NCBI GenBank assembly: GCA_038893835.1
Contig: JAWAQR010000008.1
Coordinates: forward strand, 1-51,143
Direction of reading: 5' to 3'
Length of the DNA: 51,143 nucleotides
Source: Archaeoglobaceae archaeon
GTDB taxonomy: Archaea; Halobacteriota; Archaeoglobi; Archaeoglobales; Archaeoglobaceae
Below are positions 9,790 through 19,593 of this stretch, in pieces. The notes below the pieces were generated by a model. It worked only from the letters and a program-made list of their open reading frames with translations, was not told the origin of the DNA and made no database searches. The position numbers and the translations under genes were made by a program. Position 1 is the first letter of the stretch. The number at the start of each line of letters is the position of its first letter.

Positions 9790-11352
9790 CTATAACTTCT
9801 TTACCATGTATTCGAATCTCTTCCTGTATCCAAACCTTCTGTAATATTCTCTAACCCCCACAGCACTTATAACTGCAATCTCGTCGAATTTCTCCTTTGC
9901 AATATCTTCAGCTATTCTCAACAATCTCTCTCCAAAACCGCGATGCTGAAAAGCATGAACCTCACCAAAAGGTGTTGACTTTCCATAAACGTGCAATTCT
10001 CTAATCAGTGCACAGTTGGCAATCTCCTTAATGAATGGCTCCGAGGGAAATCTCAATCTTAAAAATCCAACTATTGCATCGCAATCTGGAATCTCATAAC
10101 TTATGAAGAACTCCCTCCCTCCCGAAGCTTTATACTCCGTAATCCTAAGTTCAGCTTTCACGTATTCTTCCTCCTTAACTCCTTTATGTCCAACTTCTCT
10201 ACATCTTATACACCTGCAACCATATCCCAACTCCCTCAGCCTTTTCTGAACGAGTTGTCTTAAATTTCCGACTTCAAGACCTATTGCTGCGTTTACAGGA
10301 ATGTCTCTCTGTATTCTTTGCACTCTCACCCACTCAGGAATGAACTTCTTTGCCCTAGCTATGAGCTCAATTATCTCTTCCGTCTCATATGGCTTGTATT
10401 CTCCTTTCTTCCACATTTCATAAAGCTCTGTTCCCTCAACTATAACCGTGGGATATATTTTGAGGTAATCCGGTCTAAATTCTTCTCTTTCAAAGATTTC
10501 TCTGAACATCCTCAAATCCCTTTCAAAACTTGATCCAGGAAGCCCTGGCATTAAATGATAGCAAACTTTGAAAGCAGAATCTTTTAACAGCTTTGTAGCC
10601 TTTATCGTTTCATCAACATCGTGACCTCTTTTTATCTTGGCCAGTACGTCATCGTATATGCTTTGAACACCAAGCTCAACTCTTGTTGCCCCATACTTGA
10701 GCATCTCCATTATATGCTCCTCTTTAGCATAATCTGGTCTAGTTTCGAAAGTTAATCCAACACATCTGACCTTAGCAATTTCATTTTTTCTCTTAGCCTT
10801 TTCAATATTCTCCTCTTTCTTCATTTTGCTGTTAAAGCAATTCAGGGCATTGTATATATCGAGGATGAACTTTTCCTTGTATTCCTTTTCCCTAGCGATG
10901 AAAGTTCCTCCCATCACTATTATCTCAACTTTGTTTACGTCATGTCCAATTTCCTGCAACTCCTGAAGTCTGGCAGTAACTTGTTTAAAAGCATCATATC
11001 CATGTTGCCTTCCCCGCATCGCAGCAGGTTCTAGGCCAGTATAGCTTTGTGGGCTGTTAAATTCCACACCTCCCGGACATGGAACGCACTTCCCGTGTGG
11101 GCATCTGGCAGGAGAGCTCATAACTGCGACTACGACAACCCCACTCAGGCTCCGAACTGGCTTTATTCTTAGTATTTCTTTCAACCTTCTATAATAATCG
11201 GTTCCCTTTGCCTGTTTCAGAATTTCAACGTTGGATGGCACCTTTGATAATCCCAGCTCCTTAGCTAGTTCTTTTTTTATTTTCACAGCTTCTTCACGAT
11301 TTTTTGCCTTCTGGGCTATTTCAATTGCGATTTTCTTCAACAACTTCTCCAT
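9790..11352 (-). CDS. elp3: Elp3 tRNA uridine(34) acetyltransferase (radical SAM plus GNAT)
   Basis: CPHGKCVPCPGG, PQSYTG, MGGTF, ETRPD, RVELGVQS, RIQRDIP, CRCIRCRE, IRELHVYG, QHRGFG. Confidence 0.95.
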   Translation of the reverse strand: MEKLLKKIAIEIAQKAKNREEAVKIKKELAKELGLSKVPSNVEILKQAKGTDYYRRLKEILRIKPVRSLSGVVVVAVMSSPARCPHGKCVPCPGGVEFNSPQSYTGLEPAAMRGRQHGYDAFKQVTARLQELQEIGHDVNKVEIIVMGGTFIAREKEYKEKFILDIYNALNCFNSKMKKEENIEKAKRKNEIAKVRCVGLTFETRPDYAKEEHIMEMLKYGATRVELGVQSIYDDVLAKIKRGHDVDETIKATKLLKDSAFKVCYHLMPGLPGSSFERDLRMFREIFEREEFRPDYLKIYPTVIVEGTELYEMWKKGEYKPYETEEIIELIARAKKFIPEWVRVQRIQRDIPVNAAIGLEVGNLRQLVQKRLRELGYGCRCIRCREVGHKGVKEEEYVKAELRITEYKASGGREFFISYEIPDCDAIVGFLRLRFPSEPFIKEIANCALIRELHVYGKSTPFGEVHAFQHRGFGERLLRIAEDIAKEKFDEIAVISAVGVREYYRRFGYRKRFEYMVKKL

Positions 11353-11378
11353 CTATTCTCCCTTAATCATTGGAAATG

Positions 11379-11386
11379 TTTATAAG
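11379..11386. promoter_or_regulatory. TATA box, possibly bidirectional, between elp3 and tRNA-Ser
   Basis: TTTATAAG (reverse CTTATAAA) sits near the middle of the 56-bp gap, at TATA-like spacing from both the tRNA 5' end and the elp3 start. Confidence 0.5.
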
Positions 11387-11408
11387 TTTACCGAGTTAAG
11401 AGATAAAA

Positions 11409-11490
11409 GCCGGGGTTGCAGAGTGGTACTGCGCCGGCCTTGAGAGCCGGTGCCTTAAAGGGCTCGTGGGTTCGAATCCCACCCCCGGCG
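11409..11490 (+). tRNA. tRNA-Ser (anticodon TGA), no intron, CCA not encoded
   Basis: Acceptor GCCGGGG/CCCCGGC plus G73; anticodon arm CCGGC-CTTGAGA-GCCGG; long variable arm GCCTTAAAGGGC; T arm GTGGG-TTCGAAT-CCCAC. Confidence 0.96.
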
Positions 11491-11493
11491 TGT

Positions 11494-12459
11494 TTAAAAA
11501 TGTGAATTTCGCAATCCCTTTTTAGGAGTTATAAAGTAATGGTAAAGTCCTAGAATTGAGAAAGCTGAATGGATGAGAATACCAATTAGGGGTGCGAAGA
11601 AAAATATTTTCCTTGGTTTTTCAATAAATCGACTAGATTTTATGTAAAGGAATAGGGAAAAAAGCGTTAGAAAGATTGGAAAGAGTAAGGCTATGCTTGA
11701 AAAAGGAAGGAGAAAAATTGATATTAAGAATAAAGGCAAAATGGAAGACCAGGCCAACAAATCGTATGGCCTAAATTCCACGATTCTTAAAGCCTCCGCA
11801 CATCCCTTAACTCTAGCCTTTTGCCAATTAATTATCTCCCCAATCTTTTCCGGAACTGAAACGATCACTCTGGCATTTACAACTTTATGTCTCAACTTTA
11901 TTCCCTTCTTAATCAGAAGAAGTGAAAAACCATAATCTTCCGCCCTTCTACTTTCCGGATATTCGCAGAATTCGTATATCTTTACCTTTTCAGCCCTATT
12001 GTTTCCCGGAATATGCCATCTCCAGATTCCAAAAATTAGATGAATTGCATGATACCAGGCAAATGCGTGTGCAAAAAAGTTCCCTCTAACAACGGGAATC
12101 CCTCCAGCAACATCGCAATCCTTGAGTGCAATCAATATTTTTTCAACATAATCCCGGCTGTAGAAGTTCTCAGAATCCCCCCATACCACTACATCATATC
12201 CATTATTCAGCGCATATCTGCATACCTCTCTCCTAGCAAACCCAGTTCCTCCAAGCTTTTCCTGAACTTTAAACTTTACACACGGATAAAGCTTTGAGAA
12301 TTTTTCTACAACTTCTTTCGATGAATCTTTAGAGGCGCCATCTATTATTAAGACATCGAAGTCCCTGCAGATTTCCAGAGTTTGATTCAAAAGTGATTCC
12401 AAACATTTTTCAAGCATTTCGGCATGATCCTTATTCATTATAGCTACCAAGACTCTCAT
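11494..12459 (-). CDS. Glycosyltransferase family 2 with C-terminal TM helices
   Basis: LEKCLESLLNQT, IIDGASKD, G.GFAR, WGDSE (DxD-like), AED; three hydrophobic C-terminal segments. Confidence 0.85.
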   Translation of the reverse strand: MRVLVAIMNKDHAEMLEKCLESLLNQTLEICRDFDVLIIDGASKDSSKEVVEKFSKLYPCVKFKVQEKLGGTGFARREVCRYALNNGYDVVVWGDSENFYSRDYVEKILIALKDCDVAGGIPVVRGNFFAHAFAWYHAIHLIFGIWRWHIPGNNRAEKVKIYEFCEYPESRRAEDYGFSLLLIKKGIKLRHKVVNARVIVSVPEKIGEIINWQKARVKGCAEALRIVEFRPYDLLAWSSILPLFLISIFLLPFSSIALLFPIFLTLFSLFLYIKSSRFIEKPRKIFFFAPLIGILIHSAFSILGLYHYFITPKKGLRNSHF

Positions 12460-13660
12460 AAATCTCTCTAGCTTTTTTCCATATCATGTCCATATTCAGG
12501 TATTCCCAAGAACCGAATCTACCAAACGGGATCACATTTCTTTTGATTAAAAAACTTCTTATCACATCCACATTTCTTCTATATCCGTGATTGTAAACTA
12601 TATATGCATACTCCCACTCCCACGTTTTCACGACTTCAACTTCATTTTCGATTCCAATCTTTCTCAAACCATCGATTACTTCTTCCTCATCAATTCTTTC
12701 CGGATTCGAAATTTCTGCTATTATCGTGGAGCATTTCTCCGGTGCCATATTGGGGCTGTAATTGCTCAGAAAGGCAACTCTGTGAAAAACAACATCTTCT
12801 TGAGGAACATAAATCCAGTGAACGTTTGGCACCCTTCCTTTAACACCGATTCCAACAACTGCAAGAGAATTGTACTCAAGTTCGTCGATGTTTTCCTTTA
12901 TTTCCTTCGCTTCTCGCATTAGCTTAGGTAATTCCTTTAAAGGAGCTGTATAGATCACTTTTTCAAACTCCTGCCCATTTACATAAATTCTGTCTCCAAT
13001 CTCGATCTTTTTAACAGAGCGAATTTCAACGTTAACATTCCTAGCCAAATTCTTTGCCAACGTCTCTATTCCCCCGCTTAAAGGATAGAAAAAGCGCAGT
13101 TGATGTGTATATCCTTCTGTTTCAATTCCAACAGCAGACCTCAAAATATCATCAACCGGTGGATTCGGAATCCTTCCACCAACCCATTCAAGAGATATCT
13201 CCCTCAGATCTCTTTTCCATAACTTCTCATTATAGGGGCGAAGGTATTTCTCCGTTATCGCATTTCCAAAGATATATTGAAACCATTCAAGAAGATTTTC
13301 AGGTCTTTTTTTGTCTCTCAATAGATTTTCGACAAAGTCTTTGAGAATTTCAAATCTTTCTTGAGCGCTGAGTGAAAAAATTCCATTTTCAAAAGGATAC
13401 TTGACAAGTTTTCCTTTGTAAAAAATGAAAGCCCTTCTTCTATGCTCAACATAATCCCCCAGAAACTGCAGCATCTCTTTAAGAATCTTTTCATCGCTTG
13501 AAAAGAGTATGTGCGATCCGCCAGTGTCAAAAGTGAATCCTTCTACTTTTTCACTTCTAAGCAATCCTCCCACGCGATTTGCCTCAAAAACTACACACTT
13601 TTTACCGAGCAAGTAGCCAATCGATAATCCCGCAAGCCCACCACCAACGATGCAGATCAC
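12431..13660 (-). CDS. FAD-dependent oxidoreductase, UDP-galactopyranose mutase/HemY-like
   Basis: Start moved to GTG 13660 (VICIVGGGLAGLS Rossmann); GGLLRS, FTFDTGGSHILF, YPFEN, PYNEKLW, FYPLSGG, GRFGSWEYLNMD. Confidence 0.8.
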   Translation of the reverse strand: MICIVGGGLAGLSIGYLLGKKCVVFEANRVGGLLRSEKVEGFTFDTGGSHILFSSDEKILKEMLQFLGDYVEHRRRAFIFYKGKLVKYPFENGIFSLSAQERFEILKDFVENLLRDKKRPENLLEWFQYIFGNAITEKYLRPYNEKLWKRDLREISLEWVGGRIPNPPVDDILRSAVGIETEGYTHQLRFFYPLSGGIETLAKNLARNVNVEIRSVKKIEIGDRIYVNGQEFEKVIYTAPLKELPKLMREAKEIKENIDELEYNSLAVVGIGVKGRVPNVHWIYVPQEDVVFHRVAFLSNYSPNMAPEKCSTIIAEISNPERIDEEEVIDGLRKIGIENEVEVVKTWEWEYAYIVYNHGYRRNVDVIRSFLIKRNVIPFGRFGSWEYLNMDMIWKKAREIYESLGSYNE

Positions 13661-13715
13661 AAGCTGAGTATCGATGATTTTATAAATTCTTTTTTCAAAT
13701 ACTTTGGGTGATACT

Positions 13716-14924
13716 TTGCCGTTGCTAATGCTCATCCTCGACGGTCTTCCAGATAGGCCGAGCAATGGTAAAACTCCACTAACAATCGCAAAAAAGCCAA
13801 ATCTTGATAAAATAGCTGAGATGGGGATAAACGGGATAATGGACACAATTTCACCTGGAATAAGGCCGGGAAGTGATACCAGCCACTTAGCTTTACTTGG
13901 ATATGATCCTTATAAATACTACACGGGTAGAGGACCTATTGAAGCGCTTGGAGTGGGAATCGATTTAAAACCCGGGGATTTAGCTTTCAGAGCAAACTTC
14001 GCAACGGTAAAGGGTGATGGAAGTATCTTTGATAAAACCGTCATAGATCGCAGAGCCGGGAGGATTGAAAATACTGAAGAGCTTATAAAGGCTTTGAGGG
14101 AGATCGAACTCCCAGTAGAATTTGAAGTTGCAAAAGCAACTGGGCATAGAGCTGTGGTTGTATTCAGGGGAAATTTCACAGCTGAAGTTGGAGATACGGA
14201 TCCAAAAGTAGTTGGAAAAAAGGTTAAGAGATGTCAAGCTAAAGAAAAAGAGATTGCTGAAATAGTGAACGAGTTCATGCAAAAGGCTCATGAAATCCTT
14301 GAAAGACACTGGATTAACGAAGAAAGAGAAAAAAATGGTCTTCCAAAGGCAAATGCTTTACTCTTACGTGGTGCTGGGATAATGAAGGAAGTTCCCAGCT
14401 TCAAGGATAAATATGGCTTAAGTTTAAAAGTGATATCTGCCACTGCTTTGATAAAAGGGGTTGGAAGGCTAGTTAAAGGCGAAGTTTTCACTCCAAAAAC
14501 TGCAACTGGAAACAAGAATACTGATATCAAGGGAAAAATAGCTGCAGCAATTGAGGCTTTGGAAAGGAATGATGTTGTTCTACTTCACTTTAAAGCCCCA
14601 GATGAGCTGGGACATGATGGAAATTTCATGGGGAAAGTTGAATTTGTAGAAAGGCTCGATCCACACATCTCAAGGCTTTTTGAATTGGATCTATCGGAGA
14701 ACTGCGTGGTAATAACGTCAGACCATTCCACCCCAGTGAAAGTTGGAGAGCACACAGCTGATCCCGTAGTTGTTTCCATCTTGCACGAAGACGTTAGGAA
14801 AGATGACGTCAAAAACTTCAACGAATTCGAAGCTCCAAAGGGAGGACTTTGCAGAATACGTGGAACCGACCTCTTACAAATAACCCTCGATTTGCTGAAC
14901 TTGAGTGAGAAGTTTGGAGCATGA
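13716..14924 (+). CDS. apgM: 2,3-bisphosphoglycerate-independent phosphoglycerate mutase (archaeal)
   Basis: LILDGLPD, GKTPL, PGSDTSHL, GRGPIEALG, DELGHDG, TSDHSTP, HTADPV. GGTGAT RBS precedes TTG 13716. Confidence 0.93.
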   Translation: MPLLMLILDGLPDRPSNGKTPLTIAKKPNLDKIAEMGINGIMDTISPGIRPGSDTSHLALLGYDPYKYYTGRGPIEALGVGIDLKPGDLAFRANFATVKGDGSIFDKTVIDRRAGRIENTEELIKALREIELPVEFEVAKATGHRAVVVFRGNFTAEVGDTDPKVVGKKVKRCQAKEKEIAEIVNEFMQKAHEILERHWINEEREKNGLPKANALLLRGAGIMKEVPSFKDKYGLSLKVISATALIKGVGRLVKGEVFTPKTATGNKNTDIKGKIAAAIEALERNDVVLLHFKAPDELGHDGNFMGKVEFVERLDPHISRLFELDLSENCVVITSDHSTPVKVGEHTADPVVVSILHEDVRKDDVKNFNEFEAPKGGLCRIRGTDLLQITLDLLNLSEKFGA

Positions 14925-15418
14925 ACGTTGAAAAAGCTGTGGAAGCAATACTTTTCACATCTCCCGAAGCCATGAAGGTTTCAGAGATAGCTAAGATTTT
15001 AAATGAAAAGGAAGAAGTGATAGAGAAGATGATAGAAAAGGTTGCGGAGAAATACAGGCAAATGGATTCAGCCATCGAAGTCGTGAAAATTGGAGAAAAG
15101 TATCTAATGAGAGTAAAGCAGGAATTCGCTGAAATCGTTGAACGTTTCACCGAAAAGGATTTAGACAAAGGAACGCTGAGAACTCTGGCTGTAATAGCTT
15201 TAAAACAGCCAATAACACTTTCAAGACTTGCAAAAATAAGGGGGAATAAATGCTACAAACACGTGAAAAAGCTTAGCGAATTAAAGTTAATAAAAGCTGA
15301 GAAAAAGGGTAGATCCACAATTTTAACAACCACAGAAGTTTTTTCATCCTATTTTGGCTTTGAGAGTAAAAGTATGGAGGAGATAAGGGAGTTGCTTAAA
15401 AAGATGTTAAAGAGCTGA
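14921..15418 (+). CDS. scpB: SMC-ScpAB complex subunit ScpB
   Basis: VEAILF, LRTLAVIALKQPIT, IRG, TT..F..YFG. Confidence 0.9.
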   Translation: MNVEKAVEAILFTSPEAMKVSEIAKILNEKEEVIEKMIEKVAEKYRQMDSAIEVVKIGEKYLMRVKQEFAEIVERFTEKDLDKGTLRTLAVIALKQPITLSRLAKIRGNKCYKHVKKLSELKLIKAEKKGRSTILTTTEVFSSYFGFESKSMEEIRELLKKMLKS

Positions 15419-15449
15419 AAGTTTTTCTAACCTGCAACTCAGTGACAAT

Positions 15450-16730
15450 ATGGATGTTGTGGTTAAAAAGAGTGAAATCTTTGGAGAAGCAAAAGTTCCA
15501 CCTTCAAAGAGTTACACACACAGAGCCTTCATATCCGCATCCCTTTCCAGAAAAACCAGGATTGCTAATCCCCTGATATCTGGAGATACTTTAGCAACTC
15601 TAAAGGCATGCAAAAAAATAGGGGCAGAGTTTTTTAGAAAAAAATACTTTTTTGAATTTAGAGGGACAGATGAAATTTTCGGAGGTTATTTCAATTTTGA
15701 AAATTCCGGAACTACGCTCAGAATTTTCACGGGGCTTCTATCCCTCTCAACAGACGAAAGTGTTCTGGATGGTGATAATTCTTTAAGAACTAGGCCGAAC
15801 AAAGAGCTAGTTGTTGCTCTCTCAAAGCTTGGAGCAAAAGCTAGCGGAGATGAACTTTTTAGAGCTCCGTTCAAAATAAGAGGGATAATTAAAGGAGGGG
15901 AGGTCGAAATCGCTGCTCCAAGTTCCCAGTTTATATCCTCACTGCTCTACTCCCTCCCTCTTGCGAAGTTCGATAGCTTTGTCAAAATAATCTCCACAAA
16001 ATCGAGGCCATACATAGATGTTACACTCGAGGTTCTCGAAAAGTCTGGAATTAAAATTGAGAAAGAAGAAAATGGATTTTTTATCCCTTCAGAGCAAGAA
16101 TTCAACTTAAAAAGTTTTGAAGTTCCTGCAGATTTCTCCTCAGCCAGCTATCTAATAGCTGCTGGAATCATTGCAGGTGAAGTCAGGATAACGAATGCTT
16201 TCGATTCAAGGCAGGGGGATAAAAAAATAGTTGAGATTTGCAAAGAAATGGGTGCCGATGTTAAGTGGGATAAAGAAAAGGGGTTAATAGTTGCAAAAAA
16301 GTCTGAACTCCATGCCATAAGCTTTGACGCTTCCGATACACCGGATTTAGTACCTGCGGTCGCAATTCTTTCCGCAATAGCTGATGGTATAAGTGAGATA
16401 TACAACGCGGAGCATTTGAGAATAAAAGAGGTCGACAGAATACGCTGCATAGCGACAAATTTGCGAGCGTTGGGAGTTGAAGTGGATGAGATGAAGGATG
16501 GTTTAAGGATAAAAGGTGGAAAAAGCGAGTTCTTTGGATCAGTCCAATCTTTTGGCGATCACAGAATTGCGCTTGCCTTTTCATTGCTTGGACTTCTTGG
16601 AGAGGTGACTGTCAGGGGTTGTGAAGTCGTCTCAATTTCATATCCAAACTACTTCGAAACGCTTAAAAGCTTAGGTGCAAAGCTAGAGCTCAATTACCAA
16701 GATATTCCAGATCGAGAACGTATCTATTGA
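15450..16730 (+). CDS. aroA: 3-phosphoshikimate 1-carboxyvinyltransferase (EPSP synthase)
   Basis: PPSKSYTHR, NSGTTLR, SSQFISSLL, DFSSA, LRIKEVDR, DHRIA. Confidence 0.95.
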   Translation: MDVVVKKSEIFGEAKVPPSKSYTHRAFISASLSRKTRIANPLISGDTLATLKACKKIGAEFFRKKYFFEFRGTDEIFGGYFNFENSGTTLRIFTGLLSLSTDESVLDGDNSLRTRPNKELVVALSKLGAKASGDELFRAPFKIRGIIKGGEVEIAAPSSQFISSLLYSLPLAKFDSFVKIISTKSRPYIDVTLEVLEKSGIKIEKEENGFFIPSEQEFNLKSFEVPADFSSASYLIAAGIIAGEVRITNAFDSRQGDKKIVEICKEMGADVKWDKEKGLIVAKKSELHAISFDASDTPDLVPAVAILSAIADGISEIYNAEHLRIKEVDRIRCIATNLRALGVEVDEMKDGLRIKGGKSEFFGSVQSFGDHRIALAFSLLGLLGEVTVRGCEVVSISYPNYFETLKSLGAKLELNYQDIPDRERIY

Positions 16731-17517
16731 CATAAGGCGCAAAACTGCCACATCTGCGCATGAACCTCGTTTTAACCGGAATACCATTTTCGTAAAAGAT
16801 GTTTTCAACCTTTTTCTTTAACTCCTTTTCAAAGTTTTCGCTCTCAAAGGTGTAATAGTGAATGAACCCGCCTTTTGCAATTTTATCCTTCACAAGATAC
16901 ACGAAGTTTTCCGCGGAATAAGGAGCTGGCATTAAAATGCGATCAAATTTTCCCTCCAGCTTTGGAACTACTTCTGCAACATCTCCCTCAACAGCTATTA
17001 CGTTTTCCACCTTGTTCAACCTTATGTTCCTTCTAAAATACTCCACCGCGATTTTGTTTAGCTCGACACCAATGACTTCTTTTGGCTTTGAAAGTTTTGC
17101 AATCACAATCGCAAAAGGTCCAACACCTGCGAACATAACCAAAACCCTTTCCCCCTCCTTCACAAGCCTTGCAATCCTTTCTCTTTCACCGGAAAGTTTT
17201 GAGGAGTAGTAAACCTTTGTTGGATCCACGATGAATCTACATCCATGCTCCTTTGCAATCGTTTCAGTTTCATTGCCATAAATCTTTTCGTATTTCGCAA
17301 CCCTGAAAATACCATTAACCTCCCCAACTTTCCTCAAAACAGTTTTAACCTGTTTGTGCCTAGAAATTATTGCTGAGACTATCAAATCCTTCTTCTCCAT
17401 CAGTTCATCGGGAATTTCCACTATTGCTATGTGTCCAATTATTTCAAAGCTCCTTCTAAGGAGCTTTAATTCTTCCTCGCTCAGCTTGCCCCTTAAGTCA
17501 TCTTTAAGGGACACCAA
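16690..17517 (-). CDS. trm5: Trm5-family tRNA (guanine37-N1) methyltransferase
   Basis: FEIIGHIA, KEHGCRF, KVYYSSKLSGERERI, MFAGVGPF, ELN, GD, DRILMPAP (Met-10+ family). Subfamily a/b/c not resolved. Confidence 0.75.
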   Translation of the reverse strand: MVSLKDDLRGKLSEEELKLLRRSFEIIGHIAIVEIPDELMEKKDLIVSAIISRHKQVKTVLRKVGEVNGIFRVAKYEKIYGNETETIAKEHGCRFIVDPTKVYYSSKLSGERERIARLVKEGERVLVMFAGVGPFAIVIAKLSKPKEVIGVELNKIAVEYFRRNIRLNKVENVIAVEGDVAEVVPKLEGKFDRILMPAPYSAENFVYLVKDKIAKGGFIHYYTFESENFEKELKKKVENIFYENGIPVKTRFMRRCGSFAPYVNRYVLDLEYLGN

Positions 17518-17549
17518 AGAGATTTATGCCCATGCAATAAATCTTTACG

Positions 17550-18140
17550 ATGCTTCGAGGAGTTTACTTCATCACAGACTCAAAGTTTGGAAGTCATGAA
17601 GATTTGGCAAAAAAAGCTTTAGAGCTTGGAGTTAGAATAATCCAGTTCAGGGATAAGAGAATGAGAGATAGAGAAAGATATGTGGTTGCGAAAAAATTAA
17701 GAGAGCTCACTGATTGCTACGATGCTCTATTGATAATCAACGACAGGCCAGATTTGGCAATTGTAGTTGATGCAGACGGAGTTCATATAGGACAAGAAGA
17801 TCTTCCACTGGAAGTTGTAAGAGAAATATTCGACGGAATAATTGGAATCTCCGTTCATGATGTAAAAGAAGCGAGGAATGCGAGAGATGCTGACTATGTA
17901 GGAGCCGGCCCTGTGTTCAGAACTACGACAAAAGAGGATGCAAAAGAACCAATAGGTATTCATGGGCTGAAAGAAATTGTAAATGAGCTCGAAATTCCTG
18001 TTTTTGCAATTGGTGGGATAAACGTTGATAACGTTGTCGAAGTCCTCAACTGCGGCGTTGCAGGGGTTGCGGTGATATCTGCAATAGCTAGCGATAGGGC
18101 AAAGGATTTTATTGAGCTCGTGAACAAATATTTAAGATGA
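17550..18140 (+). CDS. thiE: Thiamine-phosphate synthase
   Basis: IQFRDK, IINDR, DGVHIGQED, GPVFRTTTK, AIGGI, GVAVISAI. Confidence 0.95.
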   Translation: MLRGVYFITDSKFGSHEDLAKKALELGVRIIQFRDKRMRDRERYVVAKKLRELTDCYDALLIINDRPDLAIVVDADGVHIGQEDLPLEVVREIFDGIIGISVHDVKEARNARDADYVGAGPVFRTTTKEDAKEPIGIHGLKEIVNELEIPVFAIGGINVDNVVEVLNCGVAGVAVISAIASDRAKDFIELVNKYLR

Positions 18141-19015
18141 AGCAACTGTCGGATCTGAAGGGATATCAGATAATAGGAAATCATTCAGCTGTAAAGACTT
18201 GTCTCTGGCTCAAGAAATCGTTAAAAGACTCCGGTTTCTGTTACAAACAGAAATTCTACGAAATAAAAAGTCATAGATGCATTCAAATGACTCCAGCCCT
18301 TATTTGCAATCAAGCATGCATTCACTGCTGGCGCCCTTTGGAGCTTCTTAAAGATTTTAAAGGATGGGATGAGCCGGAAAAAATTGTTGAAGAAAGCATA
18401 AAGGCGCAGAAAAGATTGCTCAGTGGTTTTTATGGAACAGAGGGTGTGAATCTCAAAAAGTTAAAAGAAGCTGAACAGCCAAATCAGGTTGCAATAAGCC
18501 TAATCGGTGAACCAACGCTTTATCCATACCTTCCAGAGTTGATAGAATGCTACAAAAAAAGGGGTTTCACGACTTTTTTGGTCACGAATGGAACGGTTCC
18601 TGAAATGATAGAAAAGGTCAATCCAACCCAACTTTACATAAGTTTAACAGCCTTTGACGAGAACAGTCATCTGGAACTCAATAGACCTGTGAAAAGTCTT
18701 TGGAACAGAATCATACAAAGTCTGAATGCTATGAAGAATTCTAGGTCCAGAAAAGTTATCAGGCTCACACTAATAAAGGGTTTGAACATGCATGAGAAGG
18801 CCATAGAGAAGTTCGACAAGCTGATAAGAATTGCTGAGCCTGATTATGTTGAGGCAAAAGCTTACATGTTTCTCGGCTATTCAAGACTTCGCCTGAGCTA
18901 TGAGAATATGCCAAGTCACGCTGACGTTCTGGAGTTCAGCAAAAAGCTTTCAACTTTTGGCTATAAAATTGTGGATGAATCTGAGCAGAGTAGAGTTTGC
19001 CTTCTCAAGCCATGA
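18137..19015 (+). CDS. taw1: 4-demethylwyosine synthase (Tyw1/Taw1 radical SAM)
   Basis: HSAVKTCLW, CYKQKFY.I.SHRC.QMTP, CNQACIHCWR, AISLIGEP, VEAKAYM. Confidence 0.95.
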   Translation: MKQLSDLKGYQIIGNHSAVKTCLWLKKSLKDSGFCYKQKFYEIKSHRCIQMTPALICNQACIHCWRPLELLKDFKGWDEPEKIVEESIKAQKRLLSGFYGTEGVNLKKLKEAEQPNQVAISLIGEPTLYPYLPELIECYKKRGFTTFLVTNGTVPEMIEKVNPTQLYISLTAFDENSHLELNRPVKSLWNRIIQSLNAMKNSRSRKVIRLTLIKGLNMHEKAIEKFDKLIRIAEPDYVEAKAYMFLGYSRLRLSYENMPSHADVLEFSKKLSTFGYKIVDESEQSRVCLLKP

Positions 19016-19593
19016 ATCTGGAAAACTGCAGAATAAGATTAGAGGAACTTGAAAAAGCTCGAGAAGAACTTTTGGAGCTTTTAAGGGATATGAGAATTTT
19101 TTCCTCAAAAGCTATAGTCTGCGTGCATACAGGGAAAATTGAGGAGGCTGAGAACAACATCAAAAAGGCAGCTGAAGTTCTGGAAAAGGTTAAAAAATTT
19201 AAAGAATTTCCAGAAATTTACGGCATAAGCCATGATGCCATGCAGGAATTCGTTGAAGCTGTTCTATTGCTAAAAGTTACAAAAGGACAGTTTGACTTCT
19301 CAATCGAATTCGAAGTTCTACACTCAGCCTTCATCACTGGTTTAGCAGATTTGATAGGAGAGCTAAGGAGAATGGCTCTTTCAAAGATGATTTTGGGAGA
19401 GATAAATGAAGCTGAGAAATTGCTCAAACTCATGGAAGAAATATACTATCAGCTAGTCCCATTTACATCTTTTCCAGACAAGATATTGCCGAATTTGAGA
19501 CCAAAAATCGATACGGCGAGAGCTGGAATAGAGAGGACAAAGTCTGATCTTATAGCTGCAAAGCTGTATGAGGTTTTGGATAGGGATAGATGA
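19012..19593 (+). CDS. Translin/TRAX-like (archaeal C3PO) endoribonuclease
   Basis: REELL...R, QEFVEA and GLADLIGELRR acidic catalytic motifs, LRPKID. Start 19012 overlaps the taw1 stop. Confidence 0.85.
   Translation: MNLENCRIRLEELEKAREELLELLRDMRIFSSKAIVCVHTGKIEEAENNIKKAAEVLEKVKKFKEFPEIYGISHDAMQEFVEAVLLLKVTKGQFDFSIEFEVLHSAFITGLADLIGELRRMALSKMILGEINEAEKLLKLMEEIYYQLVPFTSFPDKILPNLRPKIDTARAGIERTKSDLIAAKLYEVLDRDR

Noticed and set aside
11460-13700. Integrated island at the tRNA-Ser 3' end (GT2 plus flavoprotein)
   Set aside because: No integrase, no duplicated tRNA 3' end (att site) seen, and no evident compositional shift.
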